From positions 1-62,597 of the forward strand of contig JBFHWX010000002.1 in assembly GCA_041599275.1 (NCBI GenBank): a stretch of 62,597 nt of DNA, read 5' to 3'. Origin of the DNA: Desulfobulbales bacterium. GTDB taxonomy: Bacteria > Desulfobacterota > Desulfobulbia > Desulfobulbales > BM004. This document shows positions 40,757 through 49,960 of the stretch, piece by piece. The notes under the pieces were generated by a model. That model saw only the letters and a list, made by a program, of their open reading frames with translations, was not told the DNA's origin and made no database searches. Position 1 is the stretch's first letter, and each line of letters opens with the position of its first letter. A program made the translations under genes and the position numbers.

Positions 40757-41476
40757 TTGAACGAGGAAATCAAACAGCTTTCGGAGTTACAGGAGATCGA
40801 CCTGCAGATTGCCAAATTCGACGAGGAGATGGCCGCCTGCCGGCAGGCCCTCGAGAAACGGCAGAAGCTCTTTGCCGAGCGGCAGGCCTCCATCGAGGAA
40901 CTGAAGAAGAAGATCGCCGCGGTCGAGGCCAAGCACCGGGAGCTGGAGGCGGCCCATGCCGATGAGCTGAGCAGGATCAAGGAGCGCCAGTCCAAGATGA
41001 TGCAGGTGCAGACCAACCGGGAGTACCAGAGTCTGCTGAAGGAAATCGAGGACGGCAAGCGGGGCAACAAGGAACGGGAAGACGAGATGGTCCAGTGCCT
41101 GGAGCAGGTCGAGTCCTTCAACAAGATCATCGCCGAGCAGCAGAACGGCCGCGAGGACGAGGAGAAGAGCCTGGCTGCCGACGCCGAGCAGGTGAATCTG
41201 CAGGTGGCCGAGCTCTCCGAAAAAAAAGGCGCGGTGCTCGAGGAACGCAGCAAAATGGCCAAAAGCTGCAAGGCCGCGATCCTGCGGCGCTACGACATTC
41301 TGCGCTCCCGCCGCAACGGCCGGGCCGTGGTGGGTGCGATGAATGGTGTCTGCCAGGGCTGCTTCATGAATATCCCGGCCCAGCAGTACAACGAAGTGAT
41401 GAAGGGTGAGCAGGTGCTCAACTGCCCCACCTGCCAGCGCATCCTGTTCCACCAGGTGGCGTGCGAGGCCGAGTGA
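40757..41476 (+). CDS. coiled-coil protein with C-terminal C4 zinc ribbon (COG1579 family)
   Basis: 239 aa. TTG start after GAAGGAGAG, a long coiled coil, and C-terminal CQGCFMNIP...NCPTCQRIL. Confidence 0.8.
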   Translation: MNEEIKQLSELQEIDLQIAKFDEEMAACRQALEKRQKLFAERQASIEELKKKIAAVEAKHRELEAAHADELSRIKERQSKMMQVQTNREYQSLLKEIEDGKRGNKEREDEMVQCLEQVESFNKIIAEQQNGREDEEKSLAADAEQVNLQVAELSEKKGAVLEERSKMAKSCKAAILRRYDILRSRRNGRAVVGAMNGVCQGCFMNIPAQQYNEVMKGEQVLNCPTCQRILFHQVACEAE

Positions 41477-42138
41477 GAGACCCCGGATCCTCCCCCGACC
41501 GGCGCCGGCTGGTCGCCACTCTGGAGACCCTGGCCGCCGGTATTCCCGAGGTGGTGCTGGTCTCCCTGGTGCCGGACAGTACGCCTGCTGCGGTGCGAGA
41601 GCAGTTGCGGCAGGCCGCTCGCCTGCTGGAAAACGGCGGGTCGCCCGCTTCCGGCCAGGCCTCTCTCTTCCCGCAGGTAAAGTCCACCGGCGGCGAGAAG
41701 ATCCCGGGCAGTGGCAGGGGCACGAGCGATGAGCCGCTCGTTCTCTATACCGACGGCGCCTCCCGGGGCAACCCCGGCAAGGCGGGAGCCGGTTTCGTGG
41801 TGCTCGACGGTTCCGGGACCGAGCGGGCCGCCGGCGGGAAATTCCTCGGGGTCTGCACCAACAACGTGGCCGAGTACCGGGCGCTGCTCCTGGGGCTTGC
41901 CGAGCTCCTGCGGCTTGGGGCCAGGCAGGTCACCCTGCGGCTCGATTCCGAGCTCATCGTCAAGCAGTTGAAGGGCCAGTATAGGGTACGCCACGAGCAG
42001 CTTCTGCCCCTCTACCACGAAGTGAAGAAACTGCTCGGCGGTTTTACCACGGTGCGCGTCGAACATGTGCGCCGGGAATACAACACCAGGGCCGACCAAC
42101 TCGCCAACCAGGCCATCGATGGTCGTCTGGGGGGGTGA
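41461..42138 (+). CDS. rnhA: ribonuclease HI-family protein with N-terminal extension
   Basis: 225 aa. LYTDGASRGNPGKAGAGFVV, NNVAEYRALL and NTRADQLAN give the RNase H fold with DEDD residues. The start (GTG at 41461) is uncertain. Confidence 0.8.
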   Translation: MRGRVRDPGSSPDRRRLVATLETLAAGIPEVVLVSLVPDSTPAAVREQLRQAARLLENGGSPASGQASLFPQVKSTGGEKIPGSGRGTSDEPLVLYTDGASRGNPGKAGAGFVVLDGSGTERAAGGKFLGVCTNNVAEYRALLLGLAELLRLGARQVTLRLDSELIVKQLKGQYRVRHEQLLPLYHEVKKLLGGFTTVRVEHVRREYNTRADQLANQAIDGRLGG

Positions 42139-42185
42139 GCCGCCCGGTGCCTGTGGCTCCGGGTTTTGTTTTAAATCAGTGAATT

Positions 42186-42543
42186 TGGAGCGGGCGCATG
42201 ATCGCTGGCGGCGCGAGCCGTCAGAGGAAAGTCCGAACTCCGCAGGGCAGGGTGGTTCGTAACGCGAACCGGGGGCGACCCCGGGAAAGTGCCACAGAAA
42301 ACATACCGCCCCGCGCGAGCGGGGTAAGGGTGAAAAGGCGAGGTAAGAGCTCACCGCCTGCGTGGCGACACGCAGGGCATGGCAAACCCCACCCGGAGCA
42401 AGACCAAATAGGGGAACGTTCGAGGGCGGCCCGTCCGATGTTCCCGGGTAGGTTGCACGAGGCGCCGGGCGACCGGCGCCCTAGAGAAATGATCATGGCC
42501 CCGCTCCGGCGGGGTACAGAATTCGGCTTACAGCCCGCTCCAT
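42186..42543 (+). ncRNA. rnpB: RNase P RNA, bacterial type A
   Basis: P1 GGAGCGGGC/GCCCGCTCC and P2 CATGATC/GATCATG. Universal blocks GAGGAAAGTCCG, ACAGAAAACATACC, GGGTAAGGGTGAAA, AGAGCTCACC and ACAGAATTCGGCTTACAG. Followed by T8. Confidence 0.95.
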
Positions 42544-42604
42544 TTTTTTTGCTCCGCCCCCCTTGCAACCTGGGGGGCCGGAGCAACCTCTTCGTAAAAC
42601 CGTG

Positions 42605-43843
42605 ATGACCGCCACTGCCGCCGCAATCATCCCCGCCGCCGGCCAGGGCCTGCGTATGGGAAGCAACACCCCCAAGCAGTTCCTGGAACTGGCCGGCCGG
42701 CCGCTGTTCATCCATGCCCTGCTTGCCTTCCAGCAGGTGGCGGCGGTGAAGGCCGTGGTGCTGGTGGTGCCGGCGGCCCAGCGGGCCTCTGTCGAACGGT
42801 TGCTTGCCGCGGCCGCCCTTCCCCCCTGGGAGGGGCAACTGCTGCTGGCCGATGGCGGCCGCCTGCGCCAGGATTCGGTGCGGGCCGGCCTCGAAGCCTT
42901 GCCCTTCGAGCCCCAGGTGGTGCTGGTCCACGACGGGGTGCGGCCCTTTGTTTCTGCGCAGCTTATCGAGTCCTGCATCGGGGCGGCTCTGGAGAAGGGA
43001 GCGGTTATCGCCGCGGTGCCGGTGAAGGATACCATCAAAAAGGTGGTGGCTTCGGGAGCGGTCGCCGCCACCGTCGACCGCAGCGACCTGTGGCAGGCCC
43101 AGACTCCCCAGGCCATGCGCACCGAATTGCTGCGCCAGGCCATGGCCCGGGCCTTGGCCGACGGCTTCGAGGGCACCGACGAGGCCTCGCTTCTCGAGCA
43201 TATCGGCGTCGAAGTGGCGGTGCTGCCGGGCAGCGAGCGCAACATCAAGATCACCCGGCCCGAGGATCTCGTAGTGGCCCGGGCCCTCATGGAACAGCGG
43301 AACAAAACAGCGGCCGGCGAGCCGCTGGCCGCGGAACAGGAAAGCCGGGGCGGTATGGAGAGAACCGAGTTGCGGGTCGGGCACGGCTACGATGCCCATC
43401 GTCTGGTGGCGGGCCGCGATCTGGTGCTGGGTGGTGTGGTGGTGCCCCACGAGCTGGGGCTGCTGGGCCATTCCGACGCCGATGTGCTCACCCATGCCCT
43501 CTGCGATGCCATCCTCGGCGCGGTGGGCGGTGGCGACATTGGCCGCCATTTTCCAGACTCCGACCCGCAATATAAGGGGATAAGCAGCCTGCTGCTGCTG
43601 GAGCGGGTGGTGACCCATGCCGCGGCCGAAGGCTGGCGCCTGGTCAACGCCGATGTCACGGTGGTGGCCCAGCGCCCGAAGCTCGCTCCCTTTCTGGCTG
43701 AGATGCGGCGCCGGTTGGCCACGGCCTGCCAGGTGCAGGAGAGTGCTCTCAACTTGAAGGCGACGACCACCGAAAAGATGGGCTTTGCCGGCCGTGAGGA
43801 AGGGATCGCCGCCCATGCCGTGGTGCTCATGGGCCGGGGGTGA
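42605..43843 (+). CDS. ispDF: bifunctional 2-C-methyl-D-erythritol 4-phosphate cytidylyltransferase / MEcPP synthase (IspDF)
   Basis: Lies within ORF 42563..43843, starting at the ATG at 42605. IspD signature AIIPAAGQGLRMG, and IspF signature GHGYDAHRL...GHSDADVLTHA. Confidence 0.92.
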   Translation: MTATAAAIIPAAGQGLRMGSNTPKQFLELAGRPLFIHALLAFQQVAAVKAVVLVVPAAQRASVERLLAAAALPPWEGQLLLADGGRLRQDSVRAGLEALPFEPQVVLVHDGVRPFVSAQLIESCIGAALEKGAVIAAVPVKDTIKKVVASGAVAATVDRSDLWQAQTPQAMRTELLRQAMARALADGFEGTDEASLLEHIGVEVAVLPGSERNIKITRPEDLVVARALMEQRNKTAAGEPLAAEQESRGGMERTELRVGHGYDAHRLVAGRDLVLGGVVVPHELGLLGHSDADVLTHALCDAILGAVGGGDIGRHFPDSDPQYKGISSLLLLERVVTHAAAEGWRLVNADVTVVAQRPKLAPFLAEMRRRLATACQVQESALNLKATTTEKMGFAGREEGIAAHAVVLMGRG

Positions 43844-43855
43844 GGGCCGTTGCTC

Positions 43856-44407
43856 TCAGGGGTGGCCGTTTTTCTCCAGCCGGTAGGATTCGAGGGGGAT
43901 GTGGACGGCGCCTTTGGGGGTCAGTTCACTGCGGAAGAGGGTGAAGTGGTCCACCTCGAAGGCCTCGCTTTTGTAGAGACCGTTGCCGGCCACGAACCTG
44001 CCGAGCCGATCCGCCGGGCTCTGGCGCAGCCGGGCAAGGGTTATGTGGGGCGTCCACTTGCGCCCCTCGGGCTCGAGCCCGGCGCGGACGAGAGTGGTCT
44101 CCACTTTTTTGCGGAGACGGGCGAGGGCGTCGTTGGCCTCGACCCCGACCCACAGCACCCGCGGCTCGCCGCGGGGCGGAAAGACGCCGATGCCCGCCAG
44201 GCGCATGGCAAAAGCCGGCGCCCGCACCGCGGTCAGGGACTCCCGCAGGTCACGGGCCACATCACCGGGCACCTCGCCCATGAAGCGCAGGGTGAGGTGG
44301 ATCTGGCCTGGCTCCACCCACCTGGCGCCGGGTACGCCGAAGCAGAGGGAGCCCAGCTCCTGGCGCAGGGTGGCCGGCAGTTCGACGGCGACAAAGAGAC
44401 GATCCAT
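43856..44407 (-). CDS. thpR: RNA 2',3'-cyclic phosphodiesterase (ThpR/LigT, 2H family)
   Basis: 183 aa with two HxT motifs (HLTLRF, HITLAR). Confidence 0.88.
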   Translation of the reverse strand: MDRLFVAVELPATLRQELGSLCFGVPGARWVEPGQIHLTLRFMGEVPGDVARDLRESLTAVRAPAFAMRLAGIGVFPPRGEPRVLWVGVEANDALARLRKKVETTLVRAGLEPEGRKWTPHITLARLRQSPADRLGRFVAGNGLYKSEAFEVDHFTLFRSELTPKGAVHIPLESYRLEKNGHP

Positions 44408-44549
44408 AACTTTTCCCCCAGGAACTTTTCTGGTATTGCTTTACACGAGCCAGCTACTGCTGGCAAGGAAAGTCCGACTCGTCCGGCCTGCCGGGCGGCG
44501 GACCAGCCAGACAGGCCAGACCAAAAAACTCCAAGCGAACACCGATCTC

Positions 44550-45242
44550 ATGCTGCAGACAACCACCGACAACCGAGCGCCCATCCGCTGGCAGGCGGGT
44601 TGGGACCAGGTCGACACGGTGCTCCTCGACATGGACGGCACCCTGCTCGACAAACATTTCGACGATTATTTCTGGGAGCAGTACGTTCCCGAGGTCTATG
44701 CCCGGGACAACGGCCTCGGGCTTGCCGAGGCACGCCGCGAGCTGCTCTCCCGCTACAAGAGCCGGGAAGGGACCCTGGCCTGGACCGATCTCGATTTCTG
44801 GTCCGAGGAACTGGGCCTCGACATTCCGGCGCTCAAGATGAAGGTCGACCATCTCATCCAGGTCCATCCCTATGTGGTCGAGTTCCTTCAATACTGCCGC
44901 AGGATCGGCAAACGGGTCCATCTGGTCACCAACGCCCACAGCAAGACGTTGGCCATCAAGATGGGCAAGACCGCCATCGGCGGTCATTTCGATCGCATTG
45001 TCTGTTCCCAGGAGATCGGTTTTGCCAAGGAGGAGCGGGAATTCTGGGGCCGGCTCGAGGAACTGCTGGGCTTCGAGCGGCAGCGCACCCTGCTGGCCGA
45101 CGATACCGAGCCGGTGCTCGATGCAGCGGCCCGTTTCGGCCTCGGCCACCTGCTGTTTGTGGCACGGCCGAGCAGCCAGACGCCGGTGCGCTATTCCTCC
45201 CTCTATCCTTCCATCGTCTATTTCAAGGAACTCATCGTCTGA
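44550..45242 (+). CDS. yrfG: HAD-family GMP/IMP nucleotidase YrfG-like
   Basis: Lies within ORF 43983..45242, starting at the ATG at 44550. VDTVLLDMDGTLLD...DYFW...LVTNAH...DD is collinear with E. coli YrfG as I recall it. Confidence 0.8.
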   Translation: MLQTTTDNRAPIRWQAGWDQVDTVLLDMDGTLLDKHFDDYFWEQYVPEVYARDNGLGLAEARRELLSRYKSREGTLAWTDLDFWSEELGLDIPALKMKVDHLIQVHPYVVEFLQYCRRIGKRVHLVTNAHSKTLAIKMGKTAIGGHFDRIVCSQEIGFAKEEREFWGRLEELLGFERQRTLLADDTEPVLDAAARFGLGHLLFVARPSSQTPVRYSSLYPSIVYFKELIV

Positions 45243-45311
45243 GCTTTTCCCGGTGTCCGGCACTCTGGAACCAGGTCGACTTTCTTTGCAAAGCCTTCCG
45301 GAGAGTGTAGC

Positions 45312-47237
45312 ATGAAGCGATGGGGTTTGCGGTGGAGATATGCTTTCGCCGGAGCCGCCGCCGGCCTGCCAATTTTTTCCCGGGAGTGCGTGATGCTCTT
45401 TCGCGACCGCTTTGTTCGTATCCTCTTCTGGATCACCCTGTTCCTCGGCCTTGCCGTGCCCATCGGCAATATTTATCTCATCTACCCCAAATTCACCAAC
45501 CTGCTGGTTTCCAGTGTCGAGGACGAGGCCCTGCGCGAGGGCAATCATATCGCCATGGTCTACCTGACCGGCCTCTCGGAGTGGTCCGCCGAGGCGGTGG
45601 GAGCCCGCATCGGCCTCAAGGCGGAGATGATCCTGGACCAGTTCCGGCTCATGAAGTTCAAGGTTTTCGCCCCCGACGGCATCTGTGTTTTTTCCACCGA
45701 GGCGGCCGATATCGGCATCCGCAACATCCACCCGTATTTCCAGCAGGAGGTGGCCCAGGGCCGGCCCTACACCAAGCTGGTGCAGAAAAACCAGGTTTCC
45801 CTGGAAGGCCAGAGGGTCTCTGCCGACGTGGTGGAAACCTATGTGCCGGTGGTGGACAATGGCCGCTTGCTGGGTGCCTTCGAGCTGTATGTCGATATCT
45901 CCCGGACAAATGCCACCATGAAGCGGGTGCGGCTGCAGGCTTCGATCTTGCCGATCGTGGTTGCGGTTTTTTTCCTCTCCATCATGTTCATCGTCTTGCG
46001 CCGCCTGGACCAGGGCATCGGCGAGCGGGAAGCCAAGGAGCGCGAGCTGCGGGAAAGCCGGGCCCTCCTGGCCGGCAAGAATGAAGAGGTGGAGGAAAAC
46101 AGCAGGAACCTGCAGGCCGCCCTGGATGAAATCTCCTCGATAATCAGGCAGGTTTCGCAGCAGAAGGATTTCAGTATCCGTTTTCCCAACCCCGGCCTGC
46201 TGGCCTGCTACGAGTTGCAGGAGTGTCAGCGGACCGATTGCTCCTGCTACGGCCGGGAGCCCAGGCGCTGCTGGCAGGAGGCCGGTACCTTCTGCGGGGG
46301 GCGGCGTCAGGGCGAACTGGCCCAGAAGATAGAGAGCTGCGAGGTCTGCCAGGTGTTCCGGGCCGCCACCAGCGACCCGATCCGTGCCATCGGCGAGAAT
46401 TTCAATAACATGATGCACCTGCTCGAAACCAAAAACACCATGCTGCAGGAGGCCTACCAGGAGGTGCAGCGTGCCCAGTTCCAGGTCCTGCAGAAGGAAA
46501 AGCTCGAGGCCATCGGCCAGCTTGCCGCCTGGACCGCCCACGAGATCAACAACCCGCTGATGTTCGTGGGCAGCAACCTCGAGCTGCTGGCCGGGCATTT
46601 CATTTCACTGAGGGCCTGTTGCGAAAGGTTGCAGGCTTCGGGGTTGAAGGAGGCCGTGGCCCGTGAGCTCGACGTCGACATGGTCACCCGGGAGAGCCAG
46701 GAAATCATCAACGAGTCGCTGGTTGGTACCAACCGGATAAAGAACATCGTCCAGGGGCTGCTCAATTTTGCCGGCCGCGAGGAAGAGGCCGAGACCCTGG
46801 TGGATGTCAACGAGTCCCTGGAGACCACCATTGCCGTGGCCTGGAAGAAGCTCTCTGAAAAGGCGATCGTAATTAGGGAGTTCGGGGAGTTGCCGCCGGT
46901 GCGCTTCAGTTCCCAGCAGCTCAACCAGGTGTTCATGAATCTTCTGATGAACGCGGTGCAGGCCCTCGAGGAGAAGGGGCGGATCTCGGTGCGGAGCTGG
47001 CTCGAGGGGGATGTTATCATGGTCTCGGTGGCCGATAGCGGGCGGGCCATGCCACCGGAAAAACTGGCCCAGATCTTCGACGCCAGCTACGCCATGAGCG
47101 GCGAGGGTGCCTGGGGCAATATCAGCCTGCGCATGGCCCGGGAGATCGTCCGCATGCATGGCGGTGACATTTCGGCCACAAGTGTCGAAGGAGCAGGCTC
47201 GGTGTTCACGGTGCGGTTGCCAACGGGCGAGGCCTGA
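45312..47237 (+). CDS. sensor histidine kinase with internal Cys-rich two-CW-like module
   Basis: 641 aa. The ATG at 45312 follows GGAGAG. Two TM segments flank a sensor domain, then a coiled coil, the Cys module (46204-46368), H-box WTAHEINNPL, and a HATPase domain. Confidence 0.9.
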   Translation: MKRWGLRWRYAFAGAAAGLPIFSRECVMLFRDRFVRILFWITLFLGLAVPIGNIYLIYPKFTNLLVSSVEDEALREGNHIAMVYLTGLSEWSAEAVGARIGLKAEMILDQFRLMKFKVFAPDGICVFSTEAADIGIRNIHPYFQQEVAQGRPYTKLVQKNQVSLEGQRVSADVVETYVPVVDNGRLLGAFELYVDISRTNATMKRVRLQASILPIVVAVFFLSIMFIVLRRLDQGIGEREAKERELRESRALLAGKNEEVEENSRNLQAALDEISSIIRQVSQQKDFSIRFPNPGLLACYELQECQRTDCSCYGREPRRCWQEAGTFCGGRRQGELAQKIESCEVCQVFRAATSDPIRAIGENFNNMMHLLETKNTMLQEAYQEVQRAQFQVLQKEKLEAIGQLAAWTAHEINNPLMFVGSNLELLAGHFISLRACCERLQASGLKEAVARELDVDMVTRESQEIINESLVGTNRIKNIVQGLLNFAGREEEAETLVDVNESLETTIAVAWKKLSEKAIVIREFGELPPVRFSSQQLNQVFMNLLMNAVQALEEKGRISVRSWLEGDVIMVSVADSGRAMPPEKLAQIFDASYAMSGEGAWGNISLRMAREIVRMHGGDISATSVEGAGSVFTVRLPTGEA

Positions 47238-48714
47238 CAGCCGAGACCAGAAAAACCTGGTAGCCTAGCCGGCAGCCACCATATTGGCTCTGGAACCATT
47301 CATCCAGGAGGCTCAGCCTGGTGCGGCTGAAGCGTATTGTCTTGCCTTGCTGCCAGCCGGTGGTTCCGGTTTTCTGCAGGCTCTCGAGCATGGCGTGGAA
47401 AGAAGCGTAGCGCTGTTCGAGGTGCAGTTCCTCAACCTCTCCCCCACCAAAGATCTGGCCGAGGGTGGTCTCCACGGTCTGCCGGGCCGGGAAGCCGGCG
47501 GCGGGTAACTCGATCTTTTCGCCCAGCACCGTTTCCAGGGCCGTGCCCAGTTCATGAAGGGAGCGTGGCCCGAAGATGGTGGCGGTGAACAGGCCGCCGT
47601 CTGCCAGCAGGCGGTGGATGTGGCGCAGTCCGTCGCCCAGGTCCGCGAACCATTGCAGGGTGGCGTTGGAGGTGATCAGGTCGTAGCGTTTGTCGCCGTC
47701 CGCAGCCGCCCGGGCCAGGAAATGTTCGCCGTCCTCGCAAAGTGGACGCACCCTGGAGGAGGCGGCCAGCTTTGCCGTGGCCCTGGCCAGCATGCCGGCA
47801 GCGAAGTCGAGAAGATCGAGGCGGGCCCCGGGGAACTGCTCGGCGAGCAGGACGCTGTAGGCGCCGGTGCCGCAGCCGAGTTCGAGGATTTTGCCGATCC
47901 GCTGTGGCGCCCCGGCAAGGGCCGTGGTGTGCTGAAAAAGCCGCTCGGCAAGGCCCTTCTGGACCAGGGCGAAGCGGTCGTAGGAAGACGCTGCCCCGGA
48001 GAACTTCCGCCGGATCCCGGCCTTGCGGCTGAGGCTGGCGAGCGGGGTGTCGGCAGCAAGGAAGCAGAGGTGGCCGTCGCCCTGGCGGGTGATCTGCCGG
48101 GCGGCGTCGATGCGGGTTCGTTCGGCGATCGGCGCGATGATGTCCCGGTCGCCGTGCACGGCCACCACCGGCAGGGAAAGGGGGTGGCCATCGGTTGGGG
48201 TGGCGGCCAGGCAGGCAAGGCCGCGGCGGAGCACCGCCAGCTGGTCGGGGGATGGTTCCTGGGCCTCGGGGCCGCTGAGTTCCTGGTATCGGCGCAGCAG
48301 GTCCTTTTGGCCGAGGAAGCATTTGCGCCGGAAAGAGGCCAGGAAGGAAGCCGGGTTCTGCTCGAATTCTTTGGCGATCGCCTCGATTTCTGCCCCGGGC
48401 CAGTTCTGCCGCATGGAAAAGAGATGGAGCTCTTCGACCAGCTCTGGGTGTTTGCGGGCAAAGGCAAGGGCGATGGTGGCGCCCAGGGACCAACCGGCCA
48501 GCACGATTTTTTCCGTTTTCAGGGAGGCGACGAGGGCAAGAAGGTCGCCGTCGATGGTGGCCGGGTCGACGGGGGTGGTCGGGCAGATCCAGTTCCGGGC
48601 CAGGGGAGAGAGGGCGAGGATCCGGTTGTCGAAGCCCCAGCCCGGCAGGAAGACGATGTGGGGGGGGGCGGCGGCTTCGGAAGAGAAAGGAATGTTGCAG
48701 AAGATATGGTGCAT
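47206..48714 (-). CDS. bioC: fusion protein: BioH-like alpha/beta hydrolase (pimeloyl-ACP methyl ester esterase) + malonyl-ACP O-methyltransferase BioC
   Basis: 502 aa. The N-terminal half has the GWSLG nucleophile elbow, HGDRD and GDGH. The C-terminal half has the SAM motif ILELGCGTG and BioC-like length. It lies next to bioF and bioB. Confidence 0.8.
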   Translation of the reverse strand: MHHIFCNIPFSSEAAAPPHIVFLPGWGFDNRILALSPLARNWICPTTPVDPATIDGDLLALVASLKTEKIVLAGWSLGATIALAFARKHPELVEELHLFSMRQNWPGAEIEAIAKEFEQNPASFLASFRRKCFLGQKDLLRRYQELSGPEAQEPSPDQLAVLRRGLACLAATPTDGHPLSLPVVAVHGDRDIIAPIAERTRIDAARQITRQGDGHLCFLAADTPLASLSRKAGIRRKFSGAASSYDRFALVQKGLAERLFQHTTALAGAPQRIGKILELGCGTGAYSVLLAEQFPGARLDLLDFAAGMLARATAKLAASSRVRPLCEDGEHFLARAAADGDKRYDLITSNATLQWFADLGDGLRHIHRLLADGGLFTATIFGPRSLHELGTALETVLGEKIELPAAGFPARQTVETTLGQIFGGGEVEELHLEQRYASFHAMLESLQKTGTTGWQQGKTIRFSRTRLSLLDEWFQSQYGGCRLGYQVFLVSAVRPRPLATAP

Positions 48715-48784
48715 GGAGCATTCGAACCCCGGGCGCGGAGCCCGGGGCTATTGGGTTGGTGAGGCCCTGTGGCCGTTTCTCTTT

Positions 48785-49960
48785 TCAGGCCGGGTTGTTC
48801 GCCAGGCCCTGGGCCAGCAGATGGGCCGCGGTCTGCAAATTTGTCGGGTCCAGATGGCAGGTTACCGAAAAGCGCAGCCGGGCGGTGCCGGCTGGCACCG
48901 TGGGCGGCCGCACCGCGGCGGTGAACACCCCGTGCTCGAGGAGATGGCGGGAAAGAGCGAGGGCCAAACCCGCTTCTCCCACCAGCACCGGCACGATCTG
49001 GGAGTTGCCGGGCAGCGGCGCGATGCCCTCTTCCTGGAGGAAGCGGCGGAAGAGGCCTGAGTTCTTCAGCAGTTCGGCGCGGCGTTCGGGTTCCGTTGCC
49101 ACCACCTCCAAGGCGCCGAGGCAGGCGCCCACCACCGCTGGCGGCAGGGCCGTGGAATAGATGAAGCTGCGGCCGCAGTTGACCAGATAATCCACCAGCA
49201 ACCGGGAGGCGGCGAGATAGGCGCCGTAGGAGCCCAGGGCCTTGCCAAAGGTGCCCATGGAGAGATCCACCCGGGCCGACAGCCCCTCCTCCTCGATGAC
49301 CCCGCCGCCGTTGGGGCCGAAGACGCCGGTGGCATGGGCCTCGTCGACCAGGAGCAGCGAGTCGTGTTTTTCCTTGAGCCCGACGATTTCAGCCAGCGGG
49401 CAGCGGTCGCCGTCCATGGAATAGATCGATTCGACCACCACCAGGCTCCGGCGGAATCCGCCGCGGTGGCGGCGCAGCAGGTCTTCGAGGTGGTTCGGGT
49501 CGTTGTGCCGGAAGCGCAAGGTCCTGGCGCCCGAGAGCCGGCAGCCGTCGTGGATCGAGGCATGGTTCAGGCGGTCGCTGAACACCACGTCGCCGCGGCC
49601 GACGAGCGCCGGGATCACACCGGTGTTGGCCAGGTAGCCGCTGCCGAAGAGCAGCGCCGCTTCCTGGCCCTTGAGCCGGGCCACCTGTTGTTCGAGCTCT
49701 TGGTGGATGGCCAGATTGCCGCTCATCAGCCGCGAGGCGCCGCTGGAGGCGCCTAAGCGTTCCAGCGCCGCACGGCTGGCGGCAAGTACCCGTGGGTGCT
49801 CGGAGAGGGCAAGGTAGTCGTTGGAGGAAAAATCGAGGAGCTCGGGAAGTGAGTTGTCCTGGGGGCGGAGCCGGCCGTGGCCGAGTTTTTCCACCGGGAA
49901 GAGTTTGCGCAGTCCGGACTCCTGCCGCCGTTTGTCGAGAAAGGCCCTCAGCCGTTCCAT
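48785..49960 (-). CDS. bioF: 8-amino-7-oxononanoate synthase
   Basis: Lies within ORF 48785..51058, starting at the ATG at 49960 (MERLRAFLDKRR...). SNDYLAL, DEAHATG, and GTFGKALG (PLP lysine). Confidence 0.9.
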   Translation of the reverse strand: MERLRAFLDKRRQESGLRKLFPVEKLGHGRLRPQDNSLPELLDFSSNDYLALSEHPRVLAASRAALERLGASSGASRLMSGNLAIHQELEQQVARLKGQEAALLFGSGYLANTGVIPALVGRGDVVFSDRLNHASIHDGCRLSGARTLRFRHNDPNHLEDLLRRHRGGFRRSLVVVESIYSMDGDRCPLAEIVGLKEKHDSLLLVDEAHATGVFGPNGGGVIEEEGLSARVDLSMGTFGKALGSYGAYLAASRLLVDYLVNCGRSFIYSTALPPAVVGACLGALEVVATEPERRAELLKNSGLFRRFLQEEGIAPLPGNSQIVPVLVGEAGLALALSRHLLEHGVFTAAVRPPTVPAGTARLRFSVTCHLDPTNLQTAAHLLAQGLANNPA

